A stretch of 64,000 nucleotides of DNA. It comes from a virus. Taxonomy: Duplodnaviria; Caudoviricetes. Of this stretch, positions 27,783 to 37,488 are shown piece after piece. The translations under genes were made by a program, and so were the position numbers. How positions within the stretch are numbered: position 1 is the first letter of the stretch; each line of letters opens with the position of its first letter. Below the pieces are notes generated by a model. It saw nothing but the letters and a program-made list of their open reading frames with translations. It ran no database searches and was not told the origin of the DNA. The stretch covers positions 22,116 to 86,115 of IMG/VR virus record IMGVR_UViG_3300005201_000042. One strand, 5' to 3'.

Positions 27783-27793
27783 CGGAGAATTTT

Positions 27794-29353
27794 ATGGATA
27801 AAAAATCGGGAGTTTATTACTATTTATCAGATAATTCACTTCGTGTTGGCGGTAGCTCTTCTTTTGCAGGCATCGTTCCTATGTACACTGTAAAAGGTGA
27901 CGTGGGTAAATTAATCAAGGTAAATGCTAGGGATTATCGGGAGAAATTGGGGTTTGACCTATCTTACAATCAAAATTATGTGGGTTTAGATAGAATTCTT
28001 TCTTCAGTGGCAAATGTTGAAGTCTTACGTTGTAACTTAAGTCCGACAGTTGCTTATAAGATATGGGAGGAGGATGGTGATCCTCTTGTTTACGTTCCTG
28101 ATGCTTATGGCAGTGCAGACGCTGTAGAGGGGGCTTCTCTTTTAAATACTGTTTGGGTAGCAATGACTTCTCCAGGGTCATGGGGGGATAATCATTTTGT
28201 TTGTTTTTCTGTGGAGGGTACTATAGGGAATATAGATGCAGTCTATACTCTTCATAATTATACTGTGGTTAAGGGGGTCTCTTCACTTATTGGAAACTAC
28301 AAATTCTCTCTTTCTGAGGCCTCAGATATTTATTATAAGAATATTTCCTTTGGGGATATAGTTTTTGGTTTTAAAGGTGATTTTCCGTCTGACCCATCAT
28401 TTTTTGTAGATGTTGCTCGTGATGGTCTTCCTAACGATCCTATTTACAGATTGCATCCAGGTAGTAATGGCTCTAAGGTGTCCTCTGCTCTGGATGTTTC
28501 TGGTCTTTTTGCTGCTATAGACAAGTCACCGGCAAATATAGTGGTAATGAATGGTTTTATTGAGGCTCCTGAAAATAGGGATCAGGGGGTGGCTGTTATC
28601 CAAGCTATCTATAATTACTGTGGTCAACAAGACAGGTCAGTTCTATTGGATGCCCCTGTTCTTACAGAGTCAGGTATATTAAGGGCTTCTGAGGGTTTAT
28701 ATGAGTGGTCTAAAAATCTTCTAAGCAGGGAGTTTGGGCAGTTTGTTCAGGTAGCAGCCAGACCAGATCAAATGGTTATTGACGATGTTACTATCCTAAT
28801 ACAGCCATCTGTTTTCTTGTTTCAGATTTACGCAAGGATGTTTGCTAATTACGGTCATATTAATTTTGTTCCTGCAGGTAATACTTACGGGTCTGTCTCG
28901 GTTAGTAATCTTATGGATTCTGATTTCCATTTGTACGGAGATGAGCTTAAGACAAATAGGATTAATTACTTGACTGATACTTCTCAGGGAGTTTGTATGT
29001 GGGAGTATCGAACCTTGTACAATCAAGGAGGTTCAGACTTATCCTATTCTAATACTCCATATATTTTAAGAGATTTAAAAGGGCGATTGATGTCATTTAT
29101 GGAAAATTTTACTTTTAGGTATTCTACTCCTATTGACTTACTAACAATTCGTTCTGGTTTAGATTCTATATTAAGTTACTTTGTAAGGAATTTTTTCTTA
29201 GTGAATTATGTTTTGAATGTCCCTTCTTTTGAGGAAGCTCAAGCGGCTGGTAGGGAATTAGATATTGAAATAGCTGTTGCAGTTATTAATTCTGCAGATG
29301 TAATTACCCTCAAGGTTAATCTCCAGAATGCGGCTAGTTTAAGGGCATCTTAA
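27794..29353 (+). CDS. Contractile tail sheath protein
   Basis: SGVYYYLSDNS N-terminus, VLLDAP, QPS, ELKTNRINYL, GVCMWEYRTL, ELDIEIAV - sheath-family blocks. Confidence 0.85.
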   Translation: MDKKSGVYYYLSDNSLRVGGSSSFAGIVPMYTVKGDVGKLIKVNARDYREKLGFDLSYNQNYVGLDRILSSVANVEVLRCNLSPTVAYKIWEEDGDPLVYVPDAYGSADAVEGASLLNTVWVAMTSPGSWGDNHFVCFSVEGTIGNIDAVYTLHNYTVVKGVSSLIGNYKFSLSEASDIYYKNISFGDIVFGFKGDFPSDPSFFVDVARDGLPNDPIYRLHPGSNGSKVSSALDVSGLFAAIDKSPANIVVMNGFIEAPENRDQGVAVIQAIYNYCGQQDRSVLLDAPVLTESGILRASEGLYEWSKNLLSREFGQFVQVAARPDQMVIDDVTILIQPSVFLFQIYARMFANYGHINFVPAGNTYGSVSVSNLMDSDFHLYGDELKTNRINYLTDTSQGVCMWEYRTLYNQGGSDLSYSNTPYILRDLKGRLMSFMENFTFRYSTPIDLLTIRSGLDSILSYFVRNFFLVNYVLNVPSFEEAQAAGRELDIEIAVAVINSADVITLKVNLQNAASLRAS

Positions 29354-29364
29354 GGAGGTAGTAG

Positions 29365-29961
29365 ATGTTTAAGATTTTGGATAAATTATTACTTTCAGGT
29401 ATGTCTCTTTCGATTACAGATATGAAAACAAGTGTAGGGGAGCTTCAGCGTAATTATTTATTTAAGTTAGAAGTTGAGAGCTACCCGTCATTAGTTGACG
29501 CTGAGTTTGATAAAGCAAAGTCTCTTAGTAAGGGTGTTGACTTGTATTTAACAAAGGGTATTTGGCCTGAGAGGAAGACTAATCCTATTGCTGTTCCGTG
29601 GTCAGGGGAGACTTATTATCACTCTGGTAAAGACGAGTCTAATAAGATAGGTCAGCTAACCTTCAGGTTAGATGAAGGCATGGCTATTAAAGATTTCTGG
29701 GAGGCTTGTAAAAATTTAACTGGAAATCTGGAGAATCACGCGGCTATTAATAAACCCTTTCAAACTCTTACTTTGGGTATTTATATGGTGAATGTGGGTA
29801 AGAATAAAGTAACTGATTATAGAAGGCTTGTGGATGTTCTGGTTTATTCTGTGGAGACTCTTGATCTTGGGAAGGAGAGTGATGGTATTGCTACATTTAC
29901 GGTAAGCATTTCTTGGGATAGGCAAGAAAAAGACAATTCTAAACGTGGTCAGACTATTTAG
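29365..29961 (+). CDS. Tail tube protein, T4 gp19-like
   Basis: P.RKTNPIAVPWSGETYYHSG...LTFRLDE...FWE; follows the sheath gene. Confidence 0.8.
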   Translation: MFKILDKLLLSGMSLSITDMKTSVGELQRNYLFKLEVESYPSLVDAEFDKAKSLSKGVDLYLTKGIWPERKTNPIAVPWSGETYYHSGKDESNKIGQLTFRLDEGMAIKDFWEACKNLTGNLENHAAINKPFQTLTLGIYMVNVGKNKVTDYRRLVDVLVYSVETLDLGKESDGIATFTVSISWDRQEKDNSKRGQTI

Positions 29962-29978
29962 GCAAGGAAGGATGATGA

Positions 29979-30680
29979 ATGGCTGTCGGTCTTCCAGGTG
30001 GTATGGGTATTCCAGGAATATCAAATTCTCCAGCATTTATAACTGGTGAGCCTCGCAGAGAGTATTTATTTAAGTTTTTGTTGGTGTCTGCTCTTTCTCC
30101 ATCTGAGAAAAAGAAGCCTTCATGGGTTATTTCTTTACTTTCAAATGTGTTTTTGACCTATGTGTCCAGTTTGGCAGAGCAGGTTAATTTACCTCCTTCT
30201 AAACTTACGATTGGAAATGTGGCATTAAGCACCCTGCAATATCCTTATGTTAAAGGTTTTGAGACCCCGAATTTTTCTGTGGTTTATTTGGAAGATGAGT
30301 TAGGGTCTGTCTTCAGGTTTCATAAGATGTGGCAGGATAATATAAGGGGTTCTTCTGAAGATGTAGATTCTCTTACAGGTGGGGATAAAGTTTCTGGTGG
30401 TTCTGGACTTCAATTTGAACCTTTGGGGAATGTTTGTTGTACAGCTGTTTACTCCCCTACGAAGCCTTTACCATTACCTATTCCCTTGCCTGTGGATCTT
30501 CCTTTAGGTGCAGATGTTTTCCCTTATGTTTTTCCTTCGGAGATTCAACGGTCACCTGCTAATAAAAGCGGGGCAAATTTAGCAAAAGTGACAGTAACGT
30601 ATACGAGGGTACCAGATATTAGTGAGTGGAACTACTCCAAAAGAGGGTCAAAAGCGGTTTCATTGAAAGATGTAGATTAG
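29979..30680 (+). CDS. Tube-fold baseplate/tube initiator (gp54/gp48-like)
   Basis: VNLPPSKLT...FSVVYLEDE...FHKMWQD...VTVTYT tube-like pattern. Confidence 0.55.
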   Translation: MAVGLPGGMGIPGISNSPAFITGEPRREYLFKFLLVSALSPSEKKKPSWVISLLSNVFLTYVSSLAEQVNLPPSKLTIGNVALSTLQYPYVKGFETPNFSVVYLEDELGSVFRFHKMWQDNIRGSSEDVDSLTGGDKVSGGSGLQFEPLGNVCCTAVYSPTKPLPLPIPLPVDLPLGADVFPYVFPSEIQRSPANKSGANLAKVTVTYTRVPDISEWNYSKRGSKAVSLKDVD

Positions 30681-30689
30681 GAGGGATTT

Positions 30690-31463
30690 ATGGGAAGAAC
30701 AAAGTTTAAGTTAGCTACGGGGTCTCTTTCATACTTGAAAGAAGTTACAATCGATTTGGAGTTAAAGGCTAAACATTACGATGCTTTAGTGGCAGCAGAT
30801 GAGAATTCATATGAACGTGCTGTGTTGGGTGCTTTAAAGGATTTAATGGATGAAGACCCATTTCAGTTGACAATGCAAGAGTTATATCACTTGTGGTTAT
30901 ATGTGAAGGTCACTTCTCTTGGGTCTAAGATCACAACTAACGTGCGGTGTAGACACATTGTACGTGATTCTCATGGGGATCGTGAGTGTGGCTGTCTTAA
31001 CACTACGGACTACTCTCTTTTGGAGTCTGATATTGTTTACGCATCTAAAGATTTCAAAATTCCTGAGATCACATTTATTTCTGGGGGTAAATCACAGCTT
31101 TATGAGATTCGTCCACCGACAATGGCTCAGGAGTTGGACTTATTTGCTTACTTTCAAGAGAAAGGTGTTTCAAAGAGCTCTCTTTTGGAAGATAAATTGC
31201 AAACTTTAGAGTATGCAAAACATCGCATATTAATTCACTTAAGGAATAAGGAAACTGGAGACAGTTTTTTTGATCGTCAACAGCGGGAGATGGCTGTTAA
31301 AGACATAGCAGATAATTCTTTATTGTTTCTAAAAACTGCGGGGGAGAAGATGAAGCAGGTTAATTCTTTTGGAGTTTCTCATCAGCGAATGAATTTAATT
31401 TGTAAGGAGTGTGGTGGAAAGTTATCTTTCCACCTACCTCTGCAAGCTGGATTATCTATGTAA
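30690..31463 (+). CDS. Baseplate hub/tail assembly chaperone (gp26-like)
   Basis: LTMQELYHLWLYV...S.G, C..C ribbon, IRPPT, terminal CKECG. Confidence 0.65.
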   Translation: MGRTKFKLATGSLSYLKEVTIDLELKAKHYDALVAADENSYERAVLGALKDLMDEDPFQLTMQELYHLWLYVKVTSLGSKITTNVRCRHIVRDSHGDRECGCLNTTDYSLLESDIVYASKDFKIPEITFISGGKSQLYEIRPPTMAQELDLFAYFQEKGVSKSSLLEDKLQTLEYAKHRILIHLRNKETGDSFFDRQQREMAVKDIADNSLLFLKTAGEKMKQVNSFGVSHQRMNLICKECGGKLSFHLPLQAGLSM

Positions 31464-31668
31464 TTATGGTGATGATGTATTTCATCTTCATAAGAATGTT
31501 ATTGTGCCATTATGCTGGCTTGGGTTTGGGTCAATAAAGGATTTATTAGATTTACCGATTTCTTTACTTAATCGGTATTCAAAGATAATGGAGGAAGAAG
31601 GGATGATGGATAAATTTCATTCTTTTAGAGACCCTTATTATAGGTCTAAGCTAAGAGGGCTTTTCTAA
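31411..31668 (+). CDS. Small chaperone partner (gp51/gpT-like), start uncertain
   Basis: LGFGSIKDLLDLPISLLNRYSKIMEEE; overlaps the upstream gene in the +1 frame. Confidence 0.5.
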   Translation: MVESYLSTYLCKLDYLCNYGDDVFHLHKNVIVPLCWLGFGSIKDLLDLPISLLNRYSKIMEEEGMMDKFHSFRDPYYRSKLRGLF

Positions 31669-33989
31669 TGGCTATTGAGCTTCCTTCTGGGGATTCTGGT
31701 ACTAGAAATCTTCCTGTTCCTGTTGCACCCTCTTTTCCAGCAGGTCTTGGTGAAAGAGGTGTCTCGGCTTCCCCAAAAGTTAAAGATGGTTTAGAGCCTA
31801 TAATCATGTCAATGGATTTAATAAACGAGTCTATTGACATGATAGCTTCTGTTGTTTCTGAATCAGACATGAAGCAATTTTCTGTGTCAGATCTTGACAA
31901 GCTATTTCAAAAGTATCTCTCCAAGCAAGCTCTCTCTGACGCCATCACTTTAGCTTTTACGAAACAAAGTCCACCAGCAATAGATTCTTCTTTACTGGTT
32001 CGGCAACAGGTAAAGGCTAATGAAGTGATTCAGAAACAACCGTCTGGCAGATTTGAAGATGTATTTTCTAAGCGGTCTTCGTCTTTAAAGAGTTCCAGTA
32101 CTAAAAAAGGTGGATCTTTTGAAGATGGTTATAACAAAGTAGTTGACACTGCCTATACGACTACTCACGATCCTCTGAAGTTGCTTGATAAACTTATCCC
32201 AAGTCTTGCAGGCTTATTCAAGAAAGGTTCAAAAGAAAAATCAAATAAGAAAGAGTCTTTTTATGGGCAGGGGGATGTAGAAGAGGGGTCTTTTTACGGT
32301 TCTTTTGGCTCTCAGGCTTCAAAGTCTATAAGAAGCACTATGAGAAGCATCGAAGGTGTTTCGGACGTAGGAGGTTATTTTGCAGGAGGCAGACCTCTTG
32401 GTACTGCTACAGATCCTATTTATATATTAAATGCTAAAGAAGATGGGGTTACATCATCGAAGGATGATATTCAAGAGGAGGCAATTAAGGTAGGTATTCA
32501 AGCAGATAAAACTTTAACAGATACTTTAGAAGATCCGGAGCAGTCTTCTTTTGCAAATTTTGTAACTGCTGGGGGTGATAGGAAAGGTTCTGGTTCAAAG
32601 AAAGATGGCAAAGAGAAAGATTCAGGTTGGAAAACAGTTTTAATTGTGGGTATGGTTCTAGCAGCTTTAGTAATTTTCAAAGATGTTGTTGAGAAGATAT
32701 TTGACAAGGTTCTAATTCCTTTGGGTGAGATTTTGATTGATTTCTTACAGGCGTTAAAAGAACCTTTTATAGCATTTATTTCAGCTTTTCTTGATGTGGC
32801 TGTGGTAGTTTTTGGTATCATCAAGGATGTTCTGGAGGCAATAAAACCTTACTTAATTCAGATGGCAGAGGCATTCTGTAGCATATTTGTTGTCTGGTTA
32901 GGCATTGTACAGGAAATTCTTTTAGCAGTTAAGCCTTATATAATTTCAATTGCAGAGGTTATTGCTGGTACTGTTTTGGTTGTCTTAACCATCATCAAAG
33001 ATATTTTGGTGGCTATTGCACCCCATCTTATTTTTATTGCTGGTCTTTTTGGGGGTATTGCTGTAAAGATAGTGGGGGCTATTGATAATGTTGTAAGTAT
33101 AATAACTTATCCTCTTCGAATAATGGCAAAGATTTTGGATACGCTTGAGCCTCATATAATTAGAATTGCAAACTTTGTAGGTGGTGTTATAGCAGATTGG
33201 TTTGAGAATAATGAGGATAAGATAAAGTCAATAATGACCCATTTGTCAAATATAGCAAGTGGTGTAGCTCAAATTGTATCCTCGTTTTTAAGTGGTTTTG
33301 GGAAGCATTCAGAAGGTATAGGTGATGCTGTTGGAGGCATCCTTGAGAAAACTTTAACAAGTATCGACAGTTTTCTTGGTAAATTAACCCCTATTTTAGA
33401 TAGAGTGTCAGATGGTCTTTTTTCAATAGCGGGGGTCTTTGCCAATATTTTTGGGGATGTAGGGAAGGCTGCAGGTGAATTAGGAAATAGGGCATGGAAT
33501 GCTACAGGGGGACGGTTTCTAAGGTGGACAGGTCTTATTTCAGATGAAGATGAGTCAAGGTCATCAAGCTCTCCTGCCTCTTTTGAGGTTTTAAAGGATG
33601 TCTTAGGTATAGATTCTTCAAGCGATCAAATTGTTCTTTTACAAGGTATTCATAAAAATGTAGAGGTGATTGCAAATCTTTTATTTGAGGTTCATAAAGA
33701 GGTTGCCTCATCTATAATCAGTGCTAAGAAGTCTAACGATCTAATTATTTCTTCTGACGGTCAGATTTTTGAGCCTTCTCCTCAAGACTCTATCTTTGCA
33801 GTTAAGAACGGCAGTGTTTCTCTTCAACCTTCTTACCCTGTTTCCAGTGTTTCCGCCAATCCAAGTGTAGGCACAGAGTCAACTCAGAAGTCCCAGACTT
33901 CTAATGTGACAAATGTATATAATTCGTCTTCAAATGTGGATTTAAGTGGTATAAATCCTTTTTCTGAGTTTTGTCCTGTTGGGGTTTAA
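31668..33989 (+). CDS. Tape measure-like protein
   Basis: 773 aa with long periodic aliphatic helical repeats; located between chaperone and baseplate genes. Confidence 0.7.
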   Translation: MAIELPSGDSGTRNLPVPVAPSFPAGLGERGVSASPKVKDGLEPIIMSMDLINESIDMIASVVSESDMKQFSVSDLDKLFQKYLSKQALSDAITLAFTKQSPPAIDSSLLVRQQVKANEVIQKQPSGRFEDVFSKRSSSLKSSSTKKGGSFEDGYNKVVDTAYTTTHDPLKLLDKLIPSLAGLFKKGSKEKSNKKESFYGQGDVEEGSFYGSFGSQASKSIRSTMRSIEGVSDVGGYFAGGRPLGTATDPIYILNAKEDGVTSSKDDIQEEAIKVGIQADKTLTDTLEDPEQSSFANFVTAGGDRKGSGSKKDGKEKDSGWKTVLIVGMVLAALVIFKDVVEKIFDKVLIPLGEILIDFLQALKEPFIAFISAFLDVAVVVFGIIKDVLEAIKPYLIQMAEAFCSIFVVWLGIVQEILLAVKPYIISIAEVIAGTVLVVLTIIKDILVAIAPHLIFIAGLFGGIAVKIVGAIDNVVSIITYPLRIMAKILDTLEPHIIRIANFVGGVIADWFENNEDKIKSIMTHLSNIASGVAQIVSSFLSGFGKHSEGIGDAVGGILEKTLTSIDSFLGKLTPILDRVSDGLFSIAGVFANIFGDVGKAAGELGNRAWNATGGRFLRWTGLISDEDESRSSSSPASFEVLKDVLGIDSSSDQIVLLQGIHKNVEVIANLLFEVHKEVASSIISAKKSNDLIISSDGQIFEPSPQDSIFAVKNGSVSLQPSYPVSSVSANPSVGTESTQKSQTSNVTNVYNSSSNVDLSGINPFSEFCPVGV

Positions 33990-34327
33990 CCCTTTCTAAG
34001 TGTCCATAGGTTTCCCATGGAGTCGTAAAGTTCTATATCTGGGTTCGGTGTGGCAACAGCAATAAGTATTAACGGTGCAAAGAACATAAGTAGTCCCACC
34101 ACTGTTTTTTGAATGTCTCCGCTAAGGATTCCTACCCACGATCCGAGGAACCAAGCTGCAATGTACAAGAATCCTTTTGAGTTAATAAATCTTATTGCAC
34201 CTGTTTTAACCTCGTTTTCTATAATGATGCATATTATAAGCCAAATTAGTAAAGCAGCTACTGTCAGCACAACTACTTTCAAAACCGCACCTAGTATGAA
34301 CTTCCCGATATTTACAAGTACTTCCAT
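33986..34327 (-). CDS. Inserted membrane protein (about 3 TM segments)
   Basis: Only credible minus-strand gene; GAAAGGAG RBS before the ATG at 34327; has its own class I promoter. Confidence 0.7.
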   Translation of the reverse strand: MEVLVNIGKFILGAVLKVVVLTVAALLIWLIICIIIENEVKTGAIRFINSKGFLYIAAWFLGSWVGILSGDIQKTVVGLLMFFAPLILIAVATPNPDIELYDSMGNLWTLRKG

Positions 34328-34349
34328 AGTTTCTCCTTTCTGTTTAATT

Positions 34350-34388
34350 ACTGTAGCATATGATAGAGGTATAAACAAGTGTCTATAA
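34350..34388 (-). promoter_or_regulatory. Class I promoter (minus strand)
   Basis: TTATAGACAC-TTGTTT-N17-TACAGT with TG extension. Confidence 0.7.
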
Positions 34389-34394
34389 GCTTAT

Positions 34395-34402
34395 TTTATA
34401 TA
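34395..34402 (+). promoter_or_regulatory. Class III motif TTTATATA
   Basis: 5 nt before the ATG at 34408. Confidence 0.6.
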
Positions 34403-34407
34403 TGTAC

Positions 34408-35262
34408 ATGGCTTTAGGTATGCTGTTAAGCGGTTTTTCTCCTATAACTCTTTATGACAGGTATACTCTTCCTTCAGAGAAGGCTTCTACGAATGCTTGT
34501 CAGGTGAGGATACACTGTCCAGGGAAGCAAAGAACAATTTATGCTATGTTATCAGAAGGGTTTGTTATCTCATCTAAATCTGAGTGGAAGAGTCTTTTTG
34601 GTAGTGGGGGCAGTGGTGTTGCTGGTGCTGATCTTGGAAAGGTTATAGGGATAATAGATAATTCTGCTCAGTTTATTGCTGGGTATACTTTACGTCAACC
34701 TTATTTTGGACGTAAGTACTGGTGTGGTACAGACCCATTAAAGTTTTCTCTTACTTTTCAGTTTGTTTCTTTTTCCGATGCAAAAGCTGATGTGTATGAC
34801 CCTATGGTAAGCTTGCTGTCTCTTCTTTATCCTCGAAAGAGTTCTTTAGATGAAACGGCTCATTTATTTGAGGCTTATTTTATTCCGGGACCCAACTTAT
34901 TTTACAATGTTTCTTCAGGTTCCAATGGTGATGATGGAGATAGAGTTGAGATTACTATGGGGAATTTTTTGAGCTTTAAAGGTTGTTATATTAATTCTGT
35001 GTCTTTTCACGTGGAGAATTCATTTAGTACAGATGGTTATCCAAATTGTGTCAAGGCAGAGATGGCATTTGAAACTATGGACGTTGCTTTTGTGAATGGT
35101 GATGGAGCTTTTATGGAGAAAGGGTTTGGGGATGCTTCTGTGGATATTGGTGATGGGGTGGCTTCTCTTAAAGAGTTAGCTAATCATTTGTTTGAGGAAG
35201 GGAAAAATCTGGTTACCAAGACAAAGGATGTACTTTCAGGTTTTTTGTCTTTAAAATTTTAA
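34408..35262 (+). CDS. Baseplate tube-cap/initiator-like protein
   Basis: W..TDPLKFSLTFQF...GNFLSFKGCYINSVSF...P....AEMAFET tube-fold pattern. Confidence 0.55.
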   Translation: MALGMLLSGFSPITLYDRYTLPSEKASTNACQVRIHCPGKQRTIYAMLSEGFVISSKSEWKSLFGSGGSGVAGADLGKVIGIIDNSAQFIAGYTLRQPYFGRKYWCGTDPLKFSLTFQFVSFSDAKADVYDPMVSLLSLLYPRKSSLDETAHLFEAYFIPGPNLFYNVSSGSNGDDGDRVEITMGNFLSFKGCYINSVSFHVENSFSTDGYPNCVKAEMAFETMDVAFVNGDGAFMEKGFGDASVDIGDGVASLKELANHLFEEGKNLVTKTKDVLSGFLSLKF

Positions 35263-35274
35263 ATAGGAGTTTAT

Positions 35275-35517
35275 ATGTTTTTAGCCTCTTCAACTCTTCC
35301 TTATTCACTTTATTTTTTAATGATTGATAAGATGTCTAATATAGACGGTGCCTTTTCTCATCGACCAGACAAGCTAATTTCTGTTCATTACGGAACTGAT
35401 TTTTTTGCAGAAGCTTTTTGTAATGAGGCAAGTAATGTTTCTCCTATTTCTTTAGAAACAGGTACGAAGTATTTACTGCCTTCAAGGTTGTTCCAGAAAC
35501 ATTTTATGGGTGTTTAA
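35275..35517 (+). CDS. Small baseplate protein (gp53/LysM-like)
   Basis: RPDKLISVHYGT...N...LETGTKYLLP. Confidence 0.55.
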   Translation: MFLASSTLPYSLYFLMIDKMSNIDGAFSHRPDKLISVHYGTDFFAEAFCNEASNVSPISLETGTKYLLPSRLFQKHFMGV

Positions 35518-36336
35518 ATGGAGTCTCTTATTAATCTTGATGAAAATGCTAATCTAGTCACTAGAGCTTCCTTAACACAGGATTTTAGAGACGTACACTC
35601 TAAATGCTGGGTAGTTTTTTCTTTACCGGTTGACACATATTTTAGAGAGGGTTCTGGTTTTACTTGCTGGGGCACACAATGGGAGGCAATTTCTTATAAG
35701 AAGATTGCTGTCAATGAGGGAGTCTTTACTTACTCTGTTATTGGTTATCCTTTTGGTATTTCTTCTGTCGTGGCTTCAAAGCAGGTTTCTCTATCTAACC
35801 TAGCTAGAGATAGAGGTGTTTCATTTGATTCAAAGGTTTCAACAGATTTTAATTTTGAGTTTCCTCTTCGGAATCTTCCTCTTGGGGTTTTGCTTTATAA
35901 GTACAGGTATAATTCTATAGAGGTTAATGTATCTGATCCTGCACAAGCTTGGTTTATATTTTATGACGAGAGGGGTCTAGTTGGACAGACTTACGCTTCT
36001 ATGGCTCGAGGTGAGCTAAAGACGTATGATATGGATATGTGTCGTTTTATGGGTGGTTCTGTAAGTTTTGTGAGAGACTATCAGGCTACAGGTTACTTTC
36101 GAGACCACCCTCCGAGCAAGCATTCGTATAAGAGGTTAATTAGTTCATTTATTGGGGATAAGTTTGATGTCAAAGGAAGGTTTCCAGCTATGATTGGTTC
36201 CAGGTATAAGTTTTCAGGAGAAGAGGAAACTTTAGCTTCGAAGTATAATAAGTTAATTTTAGTGAGGCAGAAGTACGATTCAACGAAACTTCCTTTACCG
36301 TGGACGTTAACTTTTGGTCAATTGTTGGTAGGTTAA
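35518..36336 (+). CDS. Probable baseplate hub protein
   Basis: Position between the gp53-like and spike genes. Confidence 0.45.
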   Translation: MESLINLDENANLVTRASLTQDFRDVHSKCWVVFSLPVDTYFREGSGFTCWGTQWEAISYKKIAVNEGVFTYSVIGYPFGISSVVASKQVSLSNLARDRGVSFDSKVSTDFNFEFPLRNLPLGVLLYKYRYNSIEVNVSDPAQAWFIFYDERGLVGQTYASMARGELKTYDMDMCRFMGGSVSFVRDYQATGYFRDHPPSKHSYKRLISSFIGDKFDVKGRFPAMIGSRYKFSGEEETLASKYNKLILVRQKYDSTKLPLPWTLTFGQLLVG

Positions 36337-36337
36337 T

Positions 36338-37084
36338 ATGGGAGGTGTTTTATGTAAGGGTGATCCTTCTGGTGTGGAGGCAACAGGTGTTTATCAGGGT
36401 GTTTTAGTTGAAGACATGATTGACACTGTTAAGAGGGTAAAGAAGCCTTTTATAGATGTTTTTATTGAGGGTATGTTTTTTAAAGATGCTGATTATCCTC
36501 TTACGTATGTTCCAATGTTTAATATGGTTCTGCCTCTAAAAAAAGATCAAAAAGTGTTTGTATATTTTAATCAAGATAACCAGCGTTATCCTGTGTTGTG
36601 GAAGCTAGCAGATGAAGTAAGTAAAGAGTATATAGATAAATACGGGTTTCCTAAGGGTGGCTTGGTTTCCTTCCCTGATGCTGAGGATACCACTGAAGTA
36701 ACAAAGTTTTCGGACTTCTGCTGGTTTATTGGCACAAAATCTTATGGAGTGTTTAACTGGGGTGAACAATGTGTTTTATTAAACAAAGATAGCATCATAA
36801 CAAATGCTAGAGGCAGTTTGCAATATAAATCTGGAGGAGACTTTGTAGTTGAGTCTTTTAATGATATTATATTGAAGTCTACTGCAGGGAAGGTGACTTT
36901 AAATGGGACGGGTCAAGATTTAGGTTCAGTATTGTGTGATCTTGTTCAGCATCTTCTTACCTATCTTCCTACAGCTACTGTTGCTCTTCCTACAGGGTCT
37001 GTGTGCCCTGTTTATTCTCCAACGTTTATGTCTGACTTAAATTCTGTCTTAGGTAGTTTTCAAACAGGTTTCAAAGGTAGTTAA
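36338..37084 (+). CDS. Baseplate spike (gp5/gpV-like OB fold plus beta-helix)
   Basis: VPMFNMVLPLKKDQKVFVYF...YPVLW; C-terminal beta-strand repeats. Confidence 0.6.
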   Translation: MGGVLCKGDPSGVEATGVYQGVLVEDMIDTVKRVKKPFIDVFIEGMFFKDADYPLTYVPMFNMVLPLKKDQKVFVYFNQDNQRYPVLWKLADEVSKEYIDKYGFPKGGLVSFPDAEDTTEVTKFSDFCWFIGTKSYGVFNWGEQCVLLNKDSIITNARGSLQYKSGGDFVVESFNDIILKSTAGKVTLNGTGQDLGSVLCDLVQHLLTYLPTATVALPTGSVCPVYSPTFMSDLNSVLGSFQTGFKGS

Positions 37085-37211
37085 TTTTAATCATAATTTA
37101 GATTTTCGTGGGGGTGAGTGTGAAGGAACCAAAGATACTAACACATATGTAATCATAAAACAGAGTGTATTTATTACTAGAATATTATTTATTAAAGTTA
37201 AGTGTCTTTCT

Positions 37212-37219
37212 TTTATATA
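37212..37219 (+). promoter_or_regulatory. Class III motif TTTATATA
   Basis: 5 nt before the ATG at 37225. Confidence 0.6.
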
Positions 37220-37224
37220 TTGTT

Positions 37225-37488
37225 ATGGTCGAGTTCTCAGAAAACCTATCTAAGCGGTATGAAGGTGGTTCTGCCACTGTACAACGTGCTTATTACAGGT
37301 TAGCTGTCAGGGTTGGTGAGATTCCTTATTTTGGTAGAGGTTTAGACCTACAAGATTTCCCTATTGGGGAAGATATATCAGGTGCTGTTCTTAGTGTTCT
37401 GTCTGATCTTAATGCAGATATTGATGTTTCTGGGGACAGAGTCTGTGTTGCAGGGGTTATGTTAGATGTTCCAAGAGGTTCCTTTTGA
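37225..37488 (+). CDS. gp25-like baseplate wedge initiator
   Basis: VRVGEIPYFGRGL (cf. T..GE.P....FG). Confidence 0.55.
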   Translation: MVEFSENLSKRYEGGSATVQRAYYRLAVRVGEIPYFGRGLDLQDFPIGEDISGAVLSVLSDLNADIDVSGDRVCVAGVMLDVPRGSF

